DNA of 64,000 nucleotides from Octopus vulgaris (Eukaryota): NCBI GenBank assembly GCA_951406725.2, contig OX597817.1, positions 82,460,001 to 82,524,000 of the forward strand, read 5' to 3'. Shown piece by piece: positions 1 to 13,369 of this stretch (position 1 is its first letter; each line of letters starts with the position of its first letter). The notes under the pieces were generated by a model. It saw only the letters and a program-made list of their open reading frames with translations, ran no database searches and was not told where the DNA came from. The position numbers and the translations under genes were made by a program.

Positions 1-225
1 TTGTGTGTATTTATTGAGCGAAAACGCCTAAAGCTCCACAAGGCTCCGGCAGGGATGGTGGCTACCCTGTTGTACTCTTTCGCCACAACATTCTCTCACA
101 CTTTCTTCCTGTTTCTTCAGTAACGCTGCGATGCACTGGCGTCCCGTACAGCTGGCGGGTGAACACATACGCCATAGAAACCGGGAAACCGGGCCTATGA
201 ATCTGGCTAGGCTTAAAAAGGGTGA
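1..225 (+). mobile_element. tRNA-derived SINE family A (5' part outside window)
   Basis: Matches the body of copies at 1584-1878 and 22830-23132. Confidence 0.75.
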
Positions 226-420
226 AAAAATATCCTATCATACATAAGAGCTAACTCAACATTGATATAAATCTTTTTAAAGCACCACTAACGAATAGTT
301 TTTCATTTGATATCAATAATGCAACTCAATACGCTTTCATCTTTTTCCAGGGCTAATTCATAGAGACATTAGAAAATAATTCTGATAATTTTCTTACTTG
401 ATATATTTATCATTTCACAG

Positions 421-626
421 GTGCGTGCGCTATTATGACATCCCATCAAACTGCAGAGAAGTGAACAGCACACAGGATCATTGCTGCAGCTCTCTTGAAT
501 GTAAACCACTTCAACCTCTATGTAATGACAAAATTGCAACTTGCGTTAAGTACGGGAAAATCATTTGCTCGGACCCTTCGTTTCAAGACTGGGTATTGGA
601 AAATTGTGCCAACTACTGTAGCGTCT
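421..626 (+). CDS. Exon a of a VWC-like/ShKT multi-domain protein (gene starts upstream of the window)
   Basis: Acceptor tttcacAG (419-420) and donor GTATGT (627). Encodes CVRYYDIPSNCREVNSTQDHCCSSLEC (C-terminal half of a VWC-like module), then ShKT-1 CNDKIATCVKYGKIICSDPSFQDWVLENCANYCSV(C). The last Cys codon is split and completed by the next exon. Confidence 0.88.
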
Positions 627-938
627 GTATGTAGAATTTCTTGTTTCTTTTCCTTTTAACATATTTTTCCTATGCGTGTACATATACTCACACCTATGCA
701 CAAACATACGCGCACGCACACACACACATACGCACATTTTGAGGCCTCAGACACAATTGGGTCTTCACAATAACTTCAAGTCGACTCTCAGTGAATGTTC
801 CATTGTTATTTTTAAATTGGTTTAAAATAAGCATATTCTAACTCCTACCTACATGCAAACGAAAGCCCTTCCTTCATATATATATATGTATATATATGCA
901 TATGTATATATATATATATATATGTATATATACGTATG

Positions 939-969
<31 letters not shown>

Positions 970-990
970 ACATGTATATATATGTGTGTG

Positions 991-1033
<43 letters not shown>

Positions 1034-1036
1034 TTA

Positions 1037-1071
<35 letters not shown>

Positions 1072-1094
1072 TGTATATAATATATATAAAAACA

Positions 1095-1345
1095 CACGTA
1101 CTATATATATTCAGTGATATTTATTTTTACATTAATCTTAATCTATTTGGCCAAAGTTCTTTCGTCACATTGTGACCGCATTATCCTTTGTTTTCTTTCA
1201 TTAATTGTCTCTCCTTACTAACCGTCAGCTGACGGTTAGTAAGGAGAGACTGAGGAAAACAAAGGACCACTATGCGTCATACGAAAGAACTAAATAAGAT
1301 TAAGATTAATGTAAAAATAAATATCACTGAAGCAAAATAACACCA
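1095..1345. mobile_element. Palindromic Penelope-like pseudo-LTR pair between TA tracts, with degenerate hammerheads
   Basis: Perfect centre gtctctccttactaaccgtcag|ctgacggttagtaaggagagac with imperfect arms of about 110 bp. The arm is homologous to 41600-41750. Confidence 0.7.
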
Positions 1346-1429
1346 AATATATATATGTATGACCATTCGTAATATAACAATATAACACACGACTTCACAT
1401 AAAAAATCTTGCACAACAAATATTTAAAC

Positions 1430-1581
<152 letters not shown>

Positions 1582-1583
1582 TT

Positions 1584-1878
1584 GGAGGCGTAATGGCCCA
1601 GTGGTTAGGGCAGCGGGTTCGTTGTCGTAGGATCGCGGTTTCGATCCCAGACCGGGCGTTGTGAGTGTTTATTGAGTAAAAACACCTAAAGCTCCACGAG
1701 CCTCCGGTAGGGGGTGGCGGCGATCCCTGCTGTACTCTTTCGCCACAACTTTCTCTCACTCTTTCTGCTCGCTTAGCCAGCAAGGTTTCGTCATTTGAAG
1801 GCTAAAACAATGTGAAGCGCACTGTGACCAGCGATGTGTGGCAACATCTGATAGCCTGGTCAGTCACGGTGACAGTGA
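1584..1878 (+). mobile_element. tRNA-derived SINE family A, alternative 3' tail
   Basis: A box TGGCCCAGTGG and B box GGTTTCGATCCC; body shared with other copies. Confidence 0.8.
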
Positions 1879-2679
1879 TATATATATATATGTATATAAT
1901 GTGGATATTTAAATCTCACTCCATGTATTTAAACAAGAGAAACAAGGCACTCATATTTTAGTTCAATATGGAATTTATTAGCCGGTATGGAATTTAAAAC
2001 TGAATGAAAGATAGTCTATCCTAGTTGAATGTCAGTAAAGAGAAAATTCTTAAATGAAAGACTATAAATTATGCGATATAACAGTAAGATATAAAAGTTT
2101 AAAGATTATCCGAACAAAAGAGCAAAGGTTAAGGGATAAACATATATGAACATGTAAATGCTTACAATAGATCAACAAAAGAGAAATGCTCAGTAAGAAA
2201 TAACTGAGAGCAGTCACTTTGTTGGGCTAATAAATATTATAGTTGATACTTCATAAACAAGGTATATTGTAGGTAACAACATGAATAATAGTGAGAAGCT
2301 GTTGAAAGAATTACAAATAGGACGAAAAAGATTTAAAAGATTTGAAGATTATTACTTTATTCAAAGGAAAGAAGAATTGTTCGCACTTAGGGGTGGAAAT
2401 TGCGTATGGCTGTTTCAGTTGAGAATAAAAGGGTACATTGAAGGTTTGTTTTTTTTTTAAATGTAGAATAGAGCAATTAATTGTGGGGAGTAGTTTAAAT
2501 ATTTACTGTAAATTGAAGTGGGTGTACAAGGTATGCAACGGAAGTAGATTGGCATACTTATAGATTTCAATTGCGAGGGTAAGAAATATGTATTTGATGG
2601 GTTTCTATACTTAGATAACTATATTTCTCCATGTTTATTGATGACTCAGGCCTTTATAAAATTGGTTTCTCAACATCCT

Positions 2680-2960
2680 GGAGATGCCGAACCTTACAAG
2701 GAATTTGGTATCGGAGTATAACTTAACCTTAGGCACGATGCTTTCCTTTAGGCTGTTAGATAATTCGTTGCTACTCAGTTCCCATATGACTATGCATAAC
2801 GAGTTTTATTAGCTGATCAGGGTTTTTTCTGAAATCGTTAATATGATTATTAAAACCTAATTTAAAAGGATTCGAACTCAGACCATTATATGACCCAGTA
2901 AAATTATTGTTTTATTAGTCGATTTTGTCAACTGTTCACTGGCATGTCAGTTAAATCCTA
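2680..2960 (-). pseudogene. Highly degraded Penelope-like GIY-YIG fragment
   Basis: Minus-strand translation YNGLSSNPFKLGFNNHINDFRK...IWELS resembles YIG..FK.RY.NH..SFR...IWELK. Confidence 0.35.
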
Positions 2961-3633
2961 AGACACATGCATTGGAATTAATGCAATTAATTTCAATCAG
3001 TCCTCAATAACTTCCATGCATATTCAAATACAGACGCACACGCACATTATGTTATATAAAAACATGTTTTTACGTATATATATATGAATATATAAATATA
3101 TATACCCTATTCATAAACATATATCCATGTTGTATATATTTATATATTTACACATATATCCATATGCACATATAATATATATGCGCGTGTGTGCGTGCGT
3201 GTGCGTGCGTATGCGTGCGTGCATGTATATATATATATATATATATATGGGGAGAGGAAGATGTGCTTGAATATGAAGCTAGACTTTCCTTTCGACTCAT
3301 TTAAATGTAATCTACTTTAAGTAGACAATGCTAATAGAAGCACAGAAAGAAAATCTGAAGAAAGAGACAACGCTACATGTTAGTCTATGACATCGAGAAA
3401 TACCTGGATTAGCAATATGTAATAAAAGGCATGCAAATAATAAGTCAACATAGCAAAACTGACAAGCCAGCTTTAGTTTAATCTCCTAAGTAGACATAAA
3501 TTGATCTGAATTGGATTATAAATACGAGAATGGAAAGCATTATTACTTCTTGTTTAATTGAAAGTAGCATCCGAGAAATTCGTGAGGCAGTTAAGAGCAG
3601 GGTTGATATTCTATTATTGTCTATATCTTACAG

Positions 3634-3687
3634 GCGGAGTTACAAGACCGACCATGCGAACTGATGGTACAACAGTAGCTTATTCAG
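3634..3687 (+). CDS. Exon b (54 nt, phase 1-1), Thr-rich linker (C)GVTRPTMRTDGTTVAYS
   Basis: ctatatcttacAG acceptor and GTATGT donor. T from exon a plus GC restores the 6th ShKT cysteine, and the frame is preserved into the next exon. Confidence 0.82.
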
Positions 3688-3879
3688 GTATGTAAATTTC
3701 AATGAATTCACGTTTCAAATCTTCATACAACTCACTGGAAATGTTTATCTTACCTCCAATCTTAAAATTTGTCTGTCTGTCGCTACCCTCTCTCTCTCTT
3801 ACACACATACCCACACGATATATATATATATATGATAAAAAAATATTACTTAATAAACACATATGCATTTATGTTCTGT

Positions 3880-5340
3880 TAGATTCATGTGCCGATAAAA
3901 CCATCGAGTTTGCTAAATCATATGTTGATATAGATCCTATAGGCCTGGCCTTTATCAGACATGCGAGGAAAACACTACTGTTTAGTAAGGGCTCAGTATG
4001 GGTAAAAAAAAGTCGGATAGTGATGAATTGTTCGATGTATCAATGGAGTCGTACGATTGTGCTGACGTCTGCGATCTAGTGGGTCTCTTTGTATTAAGCA
4101 CGTTCAGATCTAAGTATGCATCTCATGTCGTTGGTCTATATCGAAATGACGGATTTGGTATTTCTCATGGCTGTGATGGTCGCACGCTTGATAAATTTAG
4201 GAAGCAACTTACATTTACCTTCAGTCAATTAGACCTTAAAATCACAGTCGCAACTAATCTGTCTAAAGTTGTTTTTTTTTAGATGATTCTCTAGGCCTGA
4301 ACTCCCCCTCTTATAGACCTTGCCATAAGCCCAACGAAACACTTTCCCATATAAACAGTCTTGTTAGCCTCCTGTATTATTTAAAAACCTGACAGCTAAC
4401 ATTAGTAACAGAGTTTCTAAACTCTCTTCCTCTAAAGAAATTTCCAAGAAGGCTTCCCCCTATTGCAACAATGCCCTCGCCAATAGTAGTCTAAAGGATA
4501 AATCCAGAAAATCACAGGTACAAAAAATATCTAACAAGCGCTCAGTAAAATTATCATATAACTGTTGCCTCTATATGAAGAGTATCATTACACGAGACCA
4601 ACTCCAAGGGCCTACTCCCAGTTGTAACTGTCGACACTCAGAAATGTCTGATTAAATTCATCATATATGAGGCATAAGTTACAACAATGCTAGATTATAA
4701 AACAACAGATATGAGCTATATCGGACTATGTGAAGGCAAATTCAAAAGTCGTATGGTAATCACATATCTTCCTTCCGGTACAGGGACAAATGTAAAGTTG
4801 GCTAGTCACGTATGGGGTTTGAAATCGAGCACCACACCATATACGATAAAGTAGAAAGTAGTCAAAAAATCCACACCATATGTTGACGGAACAAAATGTA
4901 AGCTATTCGTAGCTGAAAGAACTCAGATCTTAAATTCTAGATCCGAAATTTTCAGCGGTTGTAAGCACATGGCTAAGTTCTTGTGACTAATTGGAAAGTT
5001 CCTGTTGACGAATTAAAAAGTGCTTCCCTCTTCTGATTGAAAAACTTTACCACAGACTCTAAGCTACTATCTTTTCAGCTGTATATTTTAAAGTCTAAAG
5101 GGAAGTAACTCTAATTTCCTCATTTTGCTTCTTTCTGATTTCTGTTTCGTTATCCGATTTTTTCACCTTCCACCTTTTATATCTATTTCTTTCTCCCCTT
5201 TCTCACTTTCTCTCTCATCCTGTCGTCCCATTTTTAGTTTGTTATGCCATGTGGGCAAAGTCTAACGATAGTGCTAGGACACTGGACGTGTTAAAAACAC
5301 TGTCTGGCATGCTCTCAACACATTAAGCTAATAGCAGCAC
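3880..5340 (+). mobile_element. Degraded Penelope-like retroelement (RT plus C-terminal GIY-YIG endonuclease) in an intron
   Basis: ORFs 3702/3998 give HARKTLLF...WVKK, FDVSMESYDCADVCDLVGL and GLYRNDG (LYRDDG type). Downstream are CNCR, YIGLCEGKFKSR and ASHVWGLK. Frameshifts and stops are present. Confidence 0.85.
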
Positions 5341-5374
5341 ATACATATACTGTGTTTATTAAATAATATATATA

Positions 5375-6005
5375 CATCCTTTTTGTATTTGGTTTGCGAG
5401 ATTCTTGATGTGAAGTCGTTTGTTGAAACAAATTTTATTTATTGGGAGGGTCATTACACCAATAATGAACACAAATACTGGTTCAATATAGCTCCTTTAT
5501 TGTTAGTTATTTGCGCTTTGCCTAACCAACTAAATAATCGATCGTTTGTTTAATCTATTTGCTGAACAATTTATCAGTTGTTTGTCAAAGTCCTTTCAAC
5601 GCTATTCACGATCTCATCAATGACGTGTCCTCTCTCTTCCAGGTCTATTCTGAGTCTGCTGAGAATTAGTCAATCAAATTAAATAAACGATTAGTTACCC
5701 TCTTAGATAACAAACCAGTTGGCTGCATGAGCTTGTTATTACACTGAAACAAAATGTCTGGGGAGAGTCATTCTCTTATGGTGCCTTGTAATTTAACACA
5801 CTCACCGGTAAAATGTCCACTTATTTCTTTTTTATTTTTCCAAAATATTCGTTGCGTCTTGCAACCTTTTCAATAGTCAAAACTATTGAAAAAGTTGCAA
5901 AACGCAAAGAAAATTTTAGAAAAATAAAAAAGAAATAAGTGGAAATTTTAACGGTGTGTTAAATTATAAGGCATGAAAAGAGAATGACTCTCCCCAGACA
6001 CAACA
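5375..6005 (-). mobile_element. Penelope-like terminal repeat with hammerhead and ~245-bp inverted repeat
   Basis: Inverted repeat at 5755-6001 (tgtctggggagagtcattctc ... gagaatgactctccccagaca) and an HHR-like motif at 5584-5624. Confidence 0.6.
5584..5624 (-). ncRNA. Degenerate type I hammerhead ribozyme
   Basis: Minus strand reads gtca-TTGATGA-gatcg..cgtt-GAAA-ggac-TT-tgac; stem I is gtca/tgac. Confidence 0.5.
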
Positions 6006-6071
6006 AAAAATACTATCATATACGTTTGAAAATTCTTTAATTTATATATTTGAAAACTCTTTAATTTTCAG

Positions 6072-6182
6072 TGGGTGATTGTCGAGATAAGACGGATTGC
6101 TCTAAGTTCTCGTTTAACCCTTGTGACACGAATCTACGTAGCTGGGCAGTGGACAATTGTCCGCAACATTGTAACCTTTGTG
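6072..6182 (+). CDS. Exon c (111 nt), ShKT domain 2: (V)GDCRDKTDCSKFSFNPCDTNLRSWAVDNCPQHCNLC
   Basis: ttttcAG acceptor, GTAAGT donor, phase 1-1. Shows the six-Cys ShKT pattern C-x-D...W...C-xxx-C-xx-C. Confidence 0.9.
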
Positions 6183-6301
6183 GTAAGTATAGCTTTAATT
6201 TATAATAGCTAGTAACCATATCCACCACATTCACACTCAGGCACTGTGAAATATAAACTTATTTTATTTCGAGTAGACCATCAAAAATGTGGCCGATTTG
6301 C

Positions 6302-6357
<56 letters not shown>

Positions 6358-8217
6358 TATATATGTATGTGTGTGTGTGTGTGTGCGTGTGTGTGTGTGT
6401 GTATTTTGAGGGATCGTTCCATTTTTGTTGCATCTGCATTCATATGTTAAGTCCACTCTTATTTGTCCTAAACACTGACTTCATTAACTGATATGGATTT
6501 TAGTCCAGCATTTTATATGTAATAGTGATAATTATGTAAAACATAGATGTCGGTTGAACATAACGCGATCCCTATAAGATAAATGTATTTTTCATAATTC
6601 ATTTTTAATTTTCTCTTTCGTGATTTTATCGAAATTGTTTCTAAATTTGCAGTTTTACACAGAGCTGTGTTTGCGAATCCATATTATTGTTGTTTTCTTC
6701 TTCGTCTTTTTTTTTCATGGTCAATACTATGCAGATATCTTTGAGTTTAGTTTTGTTGTTTTTTGTTGCATACACTTTCATTTGTATTGCGTCTGTGAGT
6801 CGTATCTTTATGATTAATGCTTTTGTTGTTTATTTTTGGTGTTTGTTTCTTGTGTTTTCATTAAGTATTCAATTTCTTCTTCGTTTTTATTTTTTGCTTT
6901 TATTCTGGCTTTGGGAATGCATCTTCTTAAGTTAGCTATTTGTGGAAGACCAACTTTACGTTTGTTTAAAGCCGAGCTCTTATCCCATCAAATGTTGTCG
7001 TCGTTGTTGTTGTTGTTGTTGTTGTTATTATTATTATTATTATTATTACTAGGCTACTACAATTGTAATATAATTACGTTACTGTTCAATAATCCTGTAT
7101 TTAGTGTGCAATTTACTATCACATTAGCACTGATACATGCTTGATCAAATATATAATATAACGAAGTATAATGTAATACAATATAATTTTCAGTGAAGCA
7201 ATATCTCTTTGTTCATCTTGACCTTTAGGTTTACAAATTCGACGAATTCAATTCACTCGGTTGATTGCTGAATGATAAAGAGAACACTGGGTAGATATAT
7301 ACTGTAATATTGTTATAGCAAAATTATTTTCTGGAACTATACAAGAGAGAGAGGATGTTTAAGGAAATAAGATAACCGAAACTAAGCAATTATGTTTGGC
7401 TCTTCAAATCATTTTCTTTATGAAATGTATCTGTTCTAACGTATGATGAACTGATTAACCATCATTTCGAGCTACTTTGGTGGAATAGAGAACCAGGGAA
7501 AGAATAGAGGGATAAGGACAGAGCCAGTTTGAGTGGTACAAATTTTGAGCGCCGCAAGATTTAATTTGTTTACGTTCATTTGACGAGAATCAAACAAGGA
7601 GGATAGAATACTTCATTTGAACAATAGACAGTATTCACAATGACATTTGCTACAGGGAAATAGTTCGTGTCAGTAATGGTTGAATAGGCGTAGGGATGAA
7701 GTCGAAAATGTAAAGATCCATGTTATTACTGGGGTTTCGGAATGAAAAATAGGTTATTTCAATTAGCTTTTAGTGATGACCTATCCAGCTCGATACTCAT
7801 GCACTCAAGGTTGGGTCAAATTTGCTAATTCTAGAACAGTACTTCTGAAAATTTTTTTTCACTAATCCTTTGAACTACGATTCAACATTTTCATACTACG
7901 ATTCAACACCGCAGTCTTTCTTAATATACATACACATAATAATAAGTCAAAATAACGTAAGATTTCCATGTGGCTTTCACGAAACGCTACAAGGAAATTA
8001 GAATGTTGTACTTCTTTAAAATCAAAAATTGTTTCTTCTGAAAGAATTTCAAAACTTCTGGGTACGACTTGTTTGCAACAAATTGATAACGTATAACATG
8101 CAGAATAGAGAATGTAATACGTACAAATTAATCTTTCATAACTGAAAGTACAGTAAACCTGGTTATATACTCGAAATGTTTGTAATTTATAATTTCTTCC
8201 ATTATTTTCTATTCCAG

Positions 8218-8241
8218 TACCTTTTACGGGAAGCACACCTG
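8218..8241 (+). CDS. Exon d, 24-nt micro-exon, linker (V)PFTGSTP
   Basis: Long polypyrimidine tract ending attccAG, GTATGT donor, phase 1-1, Pro/Thr/Ser linker between ShKT domains. Confidence 0.72.
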
Positions 8242-8736
8242 GTATGTAGACTGTATTTTTTCTCTCTTTTTAATCATTGATTAGAAATGTAATTGATTTC
8301 GGAAGCAAAGACATGTATGTTAGCTTCTTTAATAACATTGATCGGCAACATGGATGGCCGGTGTTATTGGAGGTGGGACTAAATCTATTTCGTGATTTTG
8401 TCTCGTTCCTCACACATCTGGTCTAAAATGCTGCCATTGTCATTTGATTTTCATATCTTTAAGACTTTTTTAAAAAGGAGTACCAGTAATTTACTGCATT
8501 ATATAACCCCCTTCTCCTTCAACAAATGGCATAATGCCCAAATTATTGTCACCATGTTCTTTTTTTTTTTACACTCCATTTCACTCTGCCTACTCGGTGT
8601 CCATTAGCAATCGAAGCAATCACCGCAAAATTTGAATTTGGAGCTCTTAAAAAGACCTCAATTTGATAAGTATAGAGCCACATTTATCATACTTCTAAGT
8701 TTGCGATTCACTATGTTAAATATAATTTTTTTTCAG

Positions 8737-8856
8737 ACCCATATCCAAACTGTCACGATAAAGATGCAAATTGCCCCGGTTATAAGATAGACGTATGTCA
8801 TGGATCGCTTTACAAATGGGGGCTATCACACTGCCAACGGTTCTGTCATTATTGCG
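8737..8856 (+). CDS. Exon e (120 nt), ShKT domain 3: (D)PYPNCHDKDANCPGYKIDVCHGSLYKWGLSHCQRFCHYC
   Basis: ttttttcAG acceptor, GTAAGA donor, phase 1-1, six-Cys ShKT pattern. Confidence 0.9.
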
Positions 8857-11244
8857 GTAAGATTAGTTTTTATCCTTTTCCCAATACATTCTTTTAAAGA
8901 CATAAACATGAAAAATCTACTTTAAACCAAACACTGTATAATACTTTGTTATCTATTATCCAAGCATCAATTTGTTACTTAAGTGTATAGTGGTGTTTAG
9001 ATATTTTTAAACATTTATCACACCACTACATCTGTTAAATTACGGAGACGCGATTGTTATAAAAGCTATGTATTTTTATCACACATGTTTTATTTTCTGA
9101 GATGTTTTTCAATTAGCAAATATCTGAACAATTTTGCTAAACAACATATTCTTCGGTTATTATAAAAAAAAAATCTCTAAGTTTATCGGATTTTCATTTA
9201 TAATCTTCTTTTAATAATGCCGTGATTCCCAGCTTCATCTGTGCATAGATAGCAATCTTCCAATCTCTTAATGCTACCAAACAAAAGAAAGATAAAAACA
9301 AAAAGTGCAAACAACTACTGGAATATCAACGTGTCTACATTATAATATCCGATTTAAAAGATCCTGCATAAGTCATAGCCGCTGTCCCTCCTTACCTGAG
9401 TAATATCAAAACAATCTTTAACATAAAATTCTATAGCAACAACTAAATTAAAATGTACACATGAGTAAGGAAGCTATTAAGCAAATACATTTTCGGATGT
9501 ATTTACGCTTCATAACGTATTTCATATCATTACTCCATTATGATCGTTGAGATACACAGCTTGACAGAAATCGTCCAAGTTATCCCAATTATCAGTTAAT
9601 TCCATAAATAACTCACGCTGAATGAGACCCAGAATGCAATACTCGTTAATTGTATGTGAACGGGATACTTTTTCCTATTAATTATCCACGTTACTATTAA
9701 CTCTGACTACATCAAGATACTTCAGCGCCAGCTAGTCATTGAATTTATATAAAGCTTCTTCATTGGTTCTTCATCGGATCGCATTTGAACTGCATATGTG
9801 ACAAGTTTCTTCCGGTCTTTTACTTGCATTGCAGCCATTCTTAATATGATGTAGTTCCTGACCCATCATAGTACTGTATCTGTTGTCTTTGATATACGCA
9901 AATACACACACACGCACACATACTCACACATACACACACATATATATATTCATCTATAATCATTAGTCCAACAAAATGTATAATTTGTCGGACTAACGAT
10001 TATGAATCAAATACGTTTTTTTAGTCCCTCTCAGACTTACCTTTTTGTACGTGGCAAAACCCAGCTTCCTTTTGAACTTGTTATTCCCTAAAATAATACA
10101 CACATGCATAAATTTATGTATGCTATTTCTCTTTCTTTACAAACTGAAGGCTGTTCTTTCTTTTCACTTCAAGTTTATTACGGTTCAAGTAAACATTCAG
10201 AGTTAAAGATTTCCTACTCAGAATCAACTTTCGTTCATAAAACTCAACACTTAAATCTAATAAATGCGGTCATGAATACAGATAGCTGAAATAAATTGCG
10301 AGTACAGCCAAATGCTTAAAAATGGTTGCCTGATTGTGAAAGTTTGGATTGAATGGCTAATGGAATCAACAGGCAATCCATATACGACTATCATTTAGAA
10401 ATATTTGTACTTTGCAAGATAACAATAGAATACGAAGTACCATGCTGTCAAGAAGGATTTCCGTTTGAATTAGTCTCTACAACTCAGTTTTTATCCTTCT
10501 TTGGCATCATTTCACTTCAGGCAAGACATTACAGGCCTGGGAACGAGTTTCATTGTCTAACTGCAGTGAGTTCAAATCATATTGAGTATATAACTCTCAA
10601 GAAAGTAAAGGGTGTATGAAGTTGAAGCTCTGTATTAATGGGATTCCAAACACCCTAGTTAACTTCAGTGTGTATAATAGAGCATTCAACTTTTTAAATG
10701 GTACATAAACATAGTCATGATGGATCTTTAGTTCTTCAAACAGTTTGATTTCATCAGCTGTTTTTGGCTCCATTTCTGGTGGACAAATTTCATCTTTTAA
10801 GTCCCTTTGGTTGACGAATTATATACCTAGATATGATATCTAGGTGATGATTTACTTTATTTCCCTTCTGTATATAAACTTTACGCAACGAGGGAGTATC
10901 TATGGGACAACTCCGCTTTCTAGAAGTAGCAGCCAACCCACTAGTGCCTTAAAAAGAGAAAACCCACATGAAACAATATAGCTCCAGGTAGGTTATGTTC
11001 AGACCCCAAGAAATAAGCAAGATGGCTTATTTGAACATAAACATGATTCAACAATTCGTGGGTGGGTTAATCTTCATCTGCAGCAGTAACAACAACTTTG
11101 TTTTAAAAAAAAAAGACCTATAAGAAAAGGGTTCGGTGATGGATAAACAAGTTTAGTGCTAGAATCATTTGAAGCGGTAGATATTTCAGTATCGGTTGTC
11201 TAGATAATCCAACAGCATCATATTTGCCAATTCTTCACTTTGAG

Positions 11245-11292
<48 letters not shown>

Positions 11293-11809
11293 TATACATG
11301 CATACATAAACACAAAGACATGCATATATAATATATGTACGTGTATGTATATATGCATGCATCAATGCATACACTCACTTTACATAATTTTAATATATTT
11401 CTTAATATATTTTATATTGTGTTTATCGACCGGTTTCACCTTCGCTTATCATGACAATGAAATTTATTTACATACGTATTTTCTTAATAAAAATATTTTT
11501 GTTGTGTGTGGGGTTTATGAATTAATGATTGAACAAGTAGAAAATACTAAGGGGAGGTGGTTAGTTATTGTTATTATTGTGGACAGGGGAGATAATTGTT
11601 CTTCTTTCGGTGAGAGGGAGGGGCGGAAATATATTCATACATAAAAATTCAAAAACTAGAAAAGTAGGGAGAAATATGTACAGTAATCGTGAATTAAAAT
11701 ATGTATAGAGATCAAAGTTAGTTATTCGTGCATATTTAGACGTGTTCTGTATTTTTCGATGAATAAATTTTCTTCATTTAAACGTTCTTGTATAGAAATT
11801 GTATCTTTG

Positions 11810-12640
11810 CACTTGTAGAAGGGGAAAACTGTGAAGTCCATTCCACCATTATATGGTGAAAACTGGAAAAGATACCTGTTTTATCATTTGGAAGGAGATC
11901 CTTGATAAGCTTTTGGAATTCAAATCAACACTAAATGATATAAACCGTAACATTCAATTCACAATAACCAAATTATAACTGACATCTATCATAAACCAAC
12001 GGACTCGGAGCAATATCTTGTTTTTAGCTCATGCCACCCGAAACCCATCAAAATAAATGTCCTCTTTAATTTGACAAAAAGGATTTGCACAATAGTGCAC
12101 CTCATCTCAAAGCACTACTGTATATATCAATTCACGACATTAGAAACAATGAGGCATACAACACTATCGTGCAAAATCTACCTTTACTAGCTAGAGACCC
12201 AAAAATAAACAACATCCTGAAAGCACATAAATTCATCATGTGCAAAAAGCAGCACAAATCGCTTAAGAGACTTCTACCATGCGAAACTTTACACGACAAC
12301 CACGAAACCAACGGACGCCCAATCTGTGGAACATGTCCCAACCTACACGAAGGCTCGAATTTCCTTTTCAAACAAGAAGAGAGGTTCACAATTAAAACCA
12401 ACTTCACTTGTGCCTCTCAAAGTCTAATTTATGTAATAACCCACTCGTGTTGTGAACATCACTATACAAGACAGACGAGTATGATAATGTGATGGAGAAC
12501 CACTACATAAAGAGCAGACCCTGTTCCTGCAATACAGACAGATTCTTTTAAGTGAACACATAGAAAAATGTGCAGATAACATAAAACCAAATTTCACAGT
12601 ATAATGCCTTCGATTAACTGAACAATAAATTTGCTTTATC
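11810..12640 (+). mobile_element. Degraded Penelope-like (Neptune-type) retroelement in an intron
   Basis: TDIYHKPTDSEQYLVFSSCHP (RT thumb), CGTC linker, and FTCASQSLIYVITHSCCEHHYTRQT (GIY-YIG). Confidence 0.8.
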
Positions 12641-12765
12641 AGAAAAAAATTCCCTTCTGTCTAAGTAGACAATTATTGTTTCAACATATTAAATTTGATC
12701 TGTCTATATTCTGTTAAGTTTTTTTTTCAATTCTCTCATTTGTCTTTTCACTTTATTTTTTCCAG

Positions 12766-12798
12766 ACCGTAAGGTTCCTGCCGTGATGTATGAAGCAA
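12766..12798 (+). CDS. Exon f, 33-nt micro-exon (D)RKVPAVMYEA
   Basis: Very strong polypyrimidine tract ending tccAG, GTAAGT donor, phase 1-1, open frame. Confidence 0.7.
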
Positions 12799-13019
12799 GT
12801 AAGTATAGTACATTATTTCATAAAATTTAGGCTAAATTTAACATTTGAAAGCGGAGTATGAAAATATTTACACACACATCTCTGTGCAATAAGAAGTTTG
12901 CTTCCCGACCACATGGGACCCTATTCAGTCCCACTGCATGGTACCTTGGCCAATAGTCTTCTGCTACAACCCCATGCCGACTAAACGGAAGGGCAAAGAG
13001 CGATGCAGTTTGGCAGCAG

Positions 13020-13132
13020 TGACGTTGCAACTCATTTCAACATGAAATAGATTGTCTTACTCAAGAACGCAACATACTGCCCGGTCCGGGAATAGAACTC
13101 ACTATCTCATGATTGTGAACTTCGTGCTCTAA
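13020..13132 (-). mobile_element. SINE family D fragment
   Basis: Reverse complement of the head of 33755-34010. Confidence 0.55.
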
Positions 13133-13369
13133 TGTGTGTGTATGTATGTATATATATATAAACATATTTGTACATGTATATATACATACACATATGTATA
13201 TATATATATATGTATATGTGTGTGTGTGTGCGTGTGTGTCTTTGTGAGTATGTGTGTGCGTGTGTGTAATTTCGAAATGACGTTCCTATTTGGTAACTAT
13301 TAATACAGTTTTAGGATTGTGGTATTGCTTTATTCATTTGTTAATTTATTTATTCATTTATATTTCCAG

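Noticed and set aside
398-634. ORF as a standalone 78-aa peptide gene
   Set aside because: The start is an intronic TTG, there is no signal peptide, and it is bounded by canonical splice sites. It is an internal exon.
1584-1660. tRNA gene (also the heads at 33755 and 40656)
   Set aside because: A/B boxes are present but there is no intact cloverleaf, and the sequence continues into SINE bodies.
9957-10005. Short hairpin as a miRNA precursor
   Set aside because: An AT-rich ~50-bp imperfect inverted repeat next to a microsatellite; more likely a TE remnant, and untestable here.
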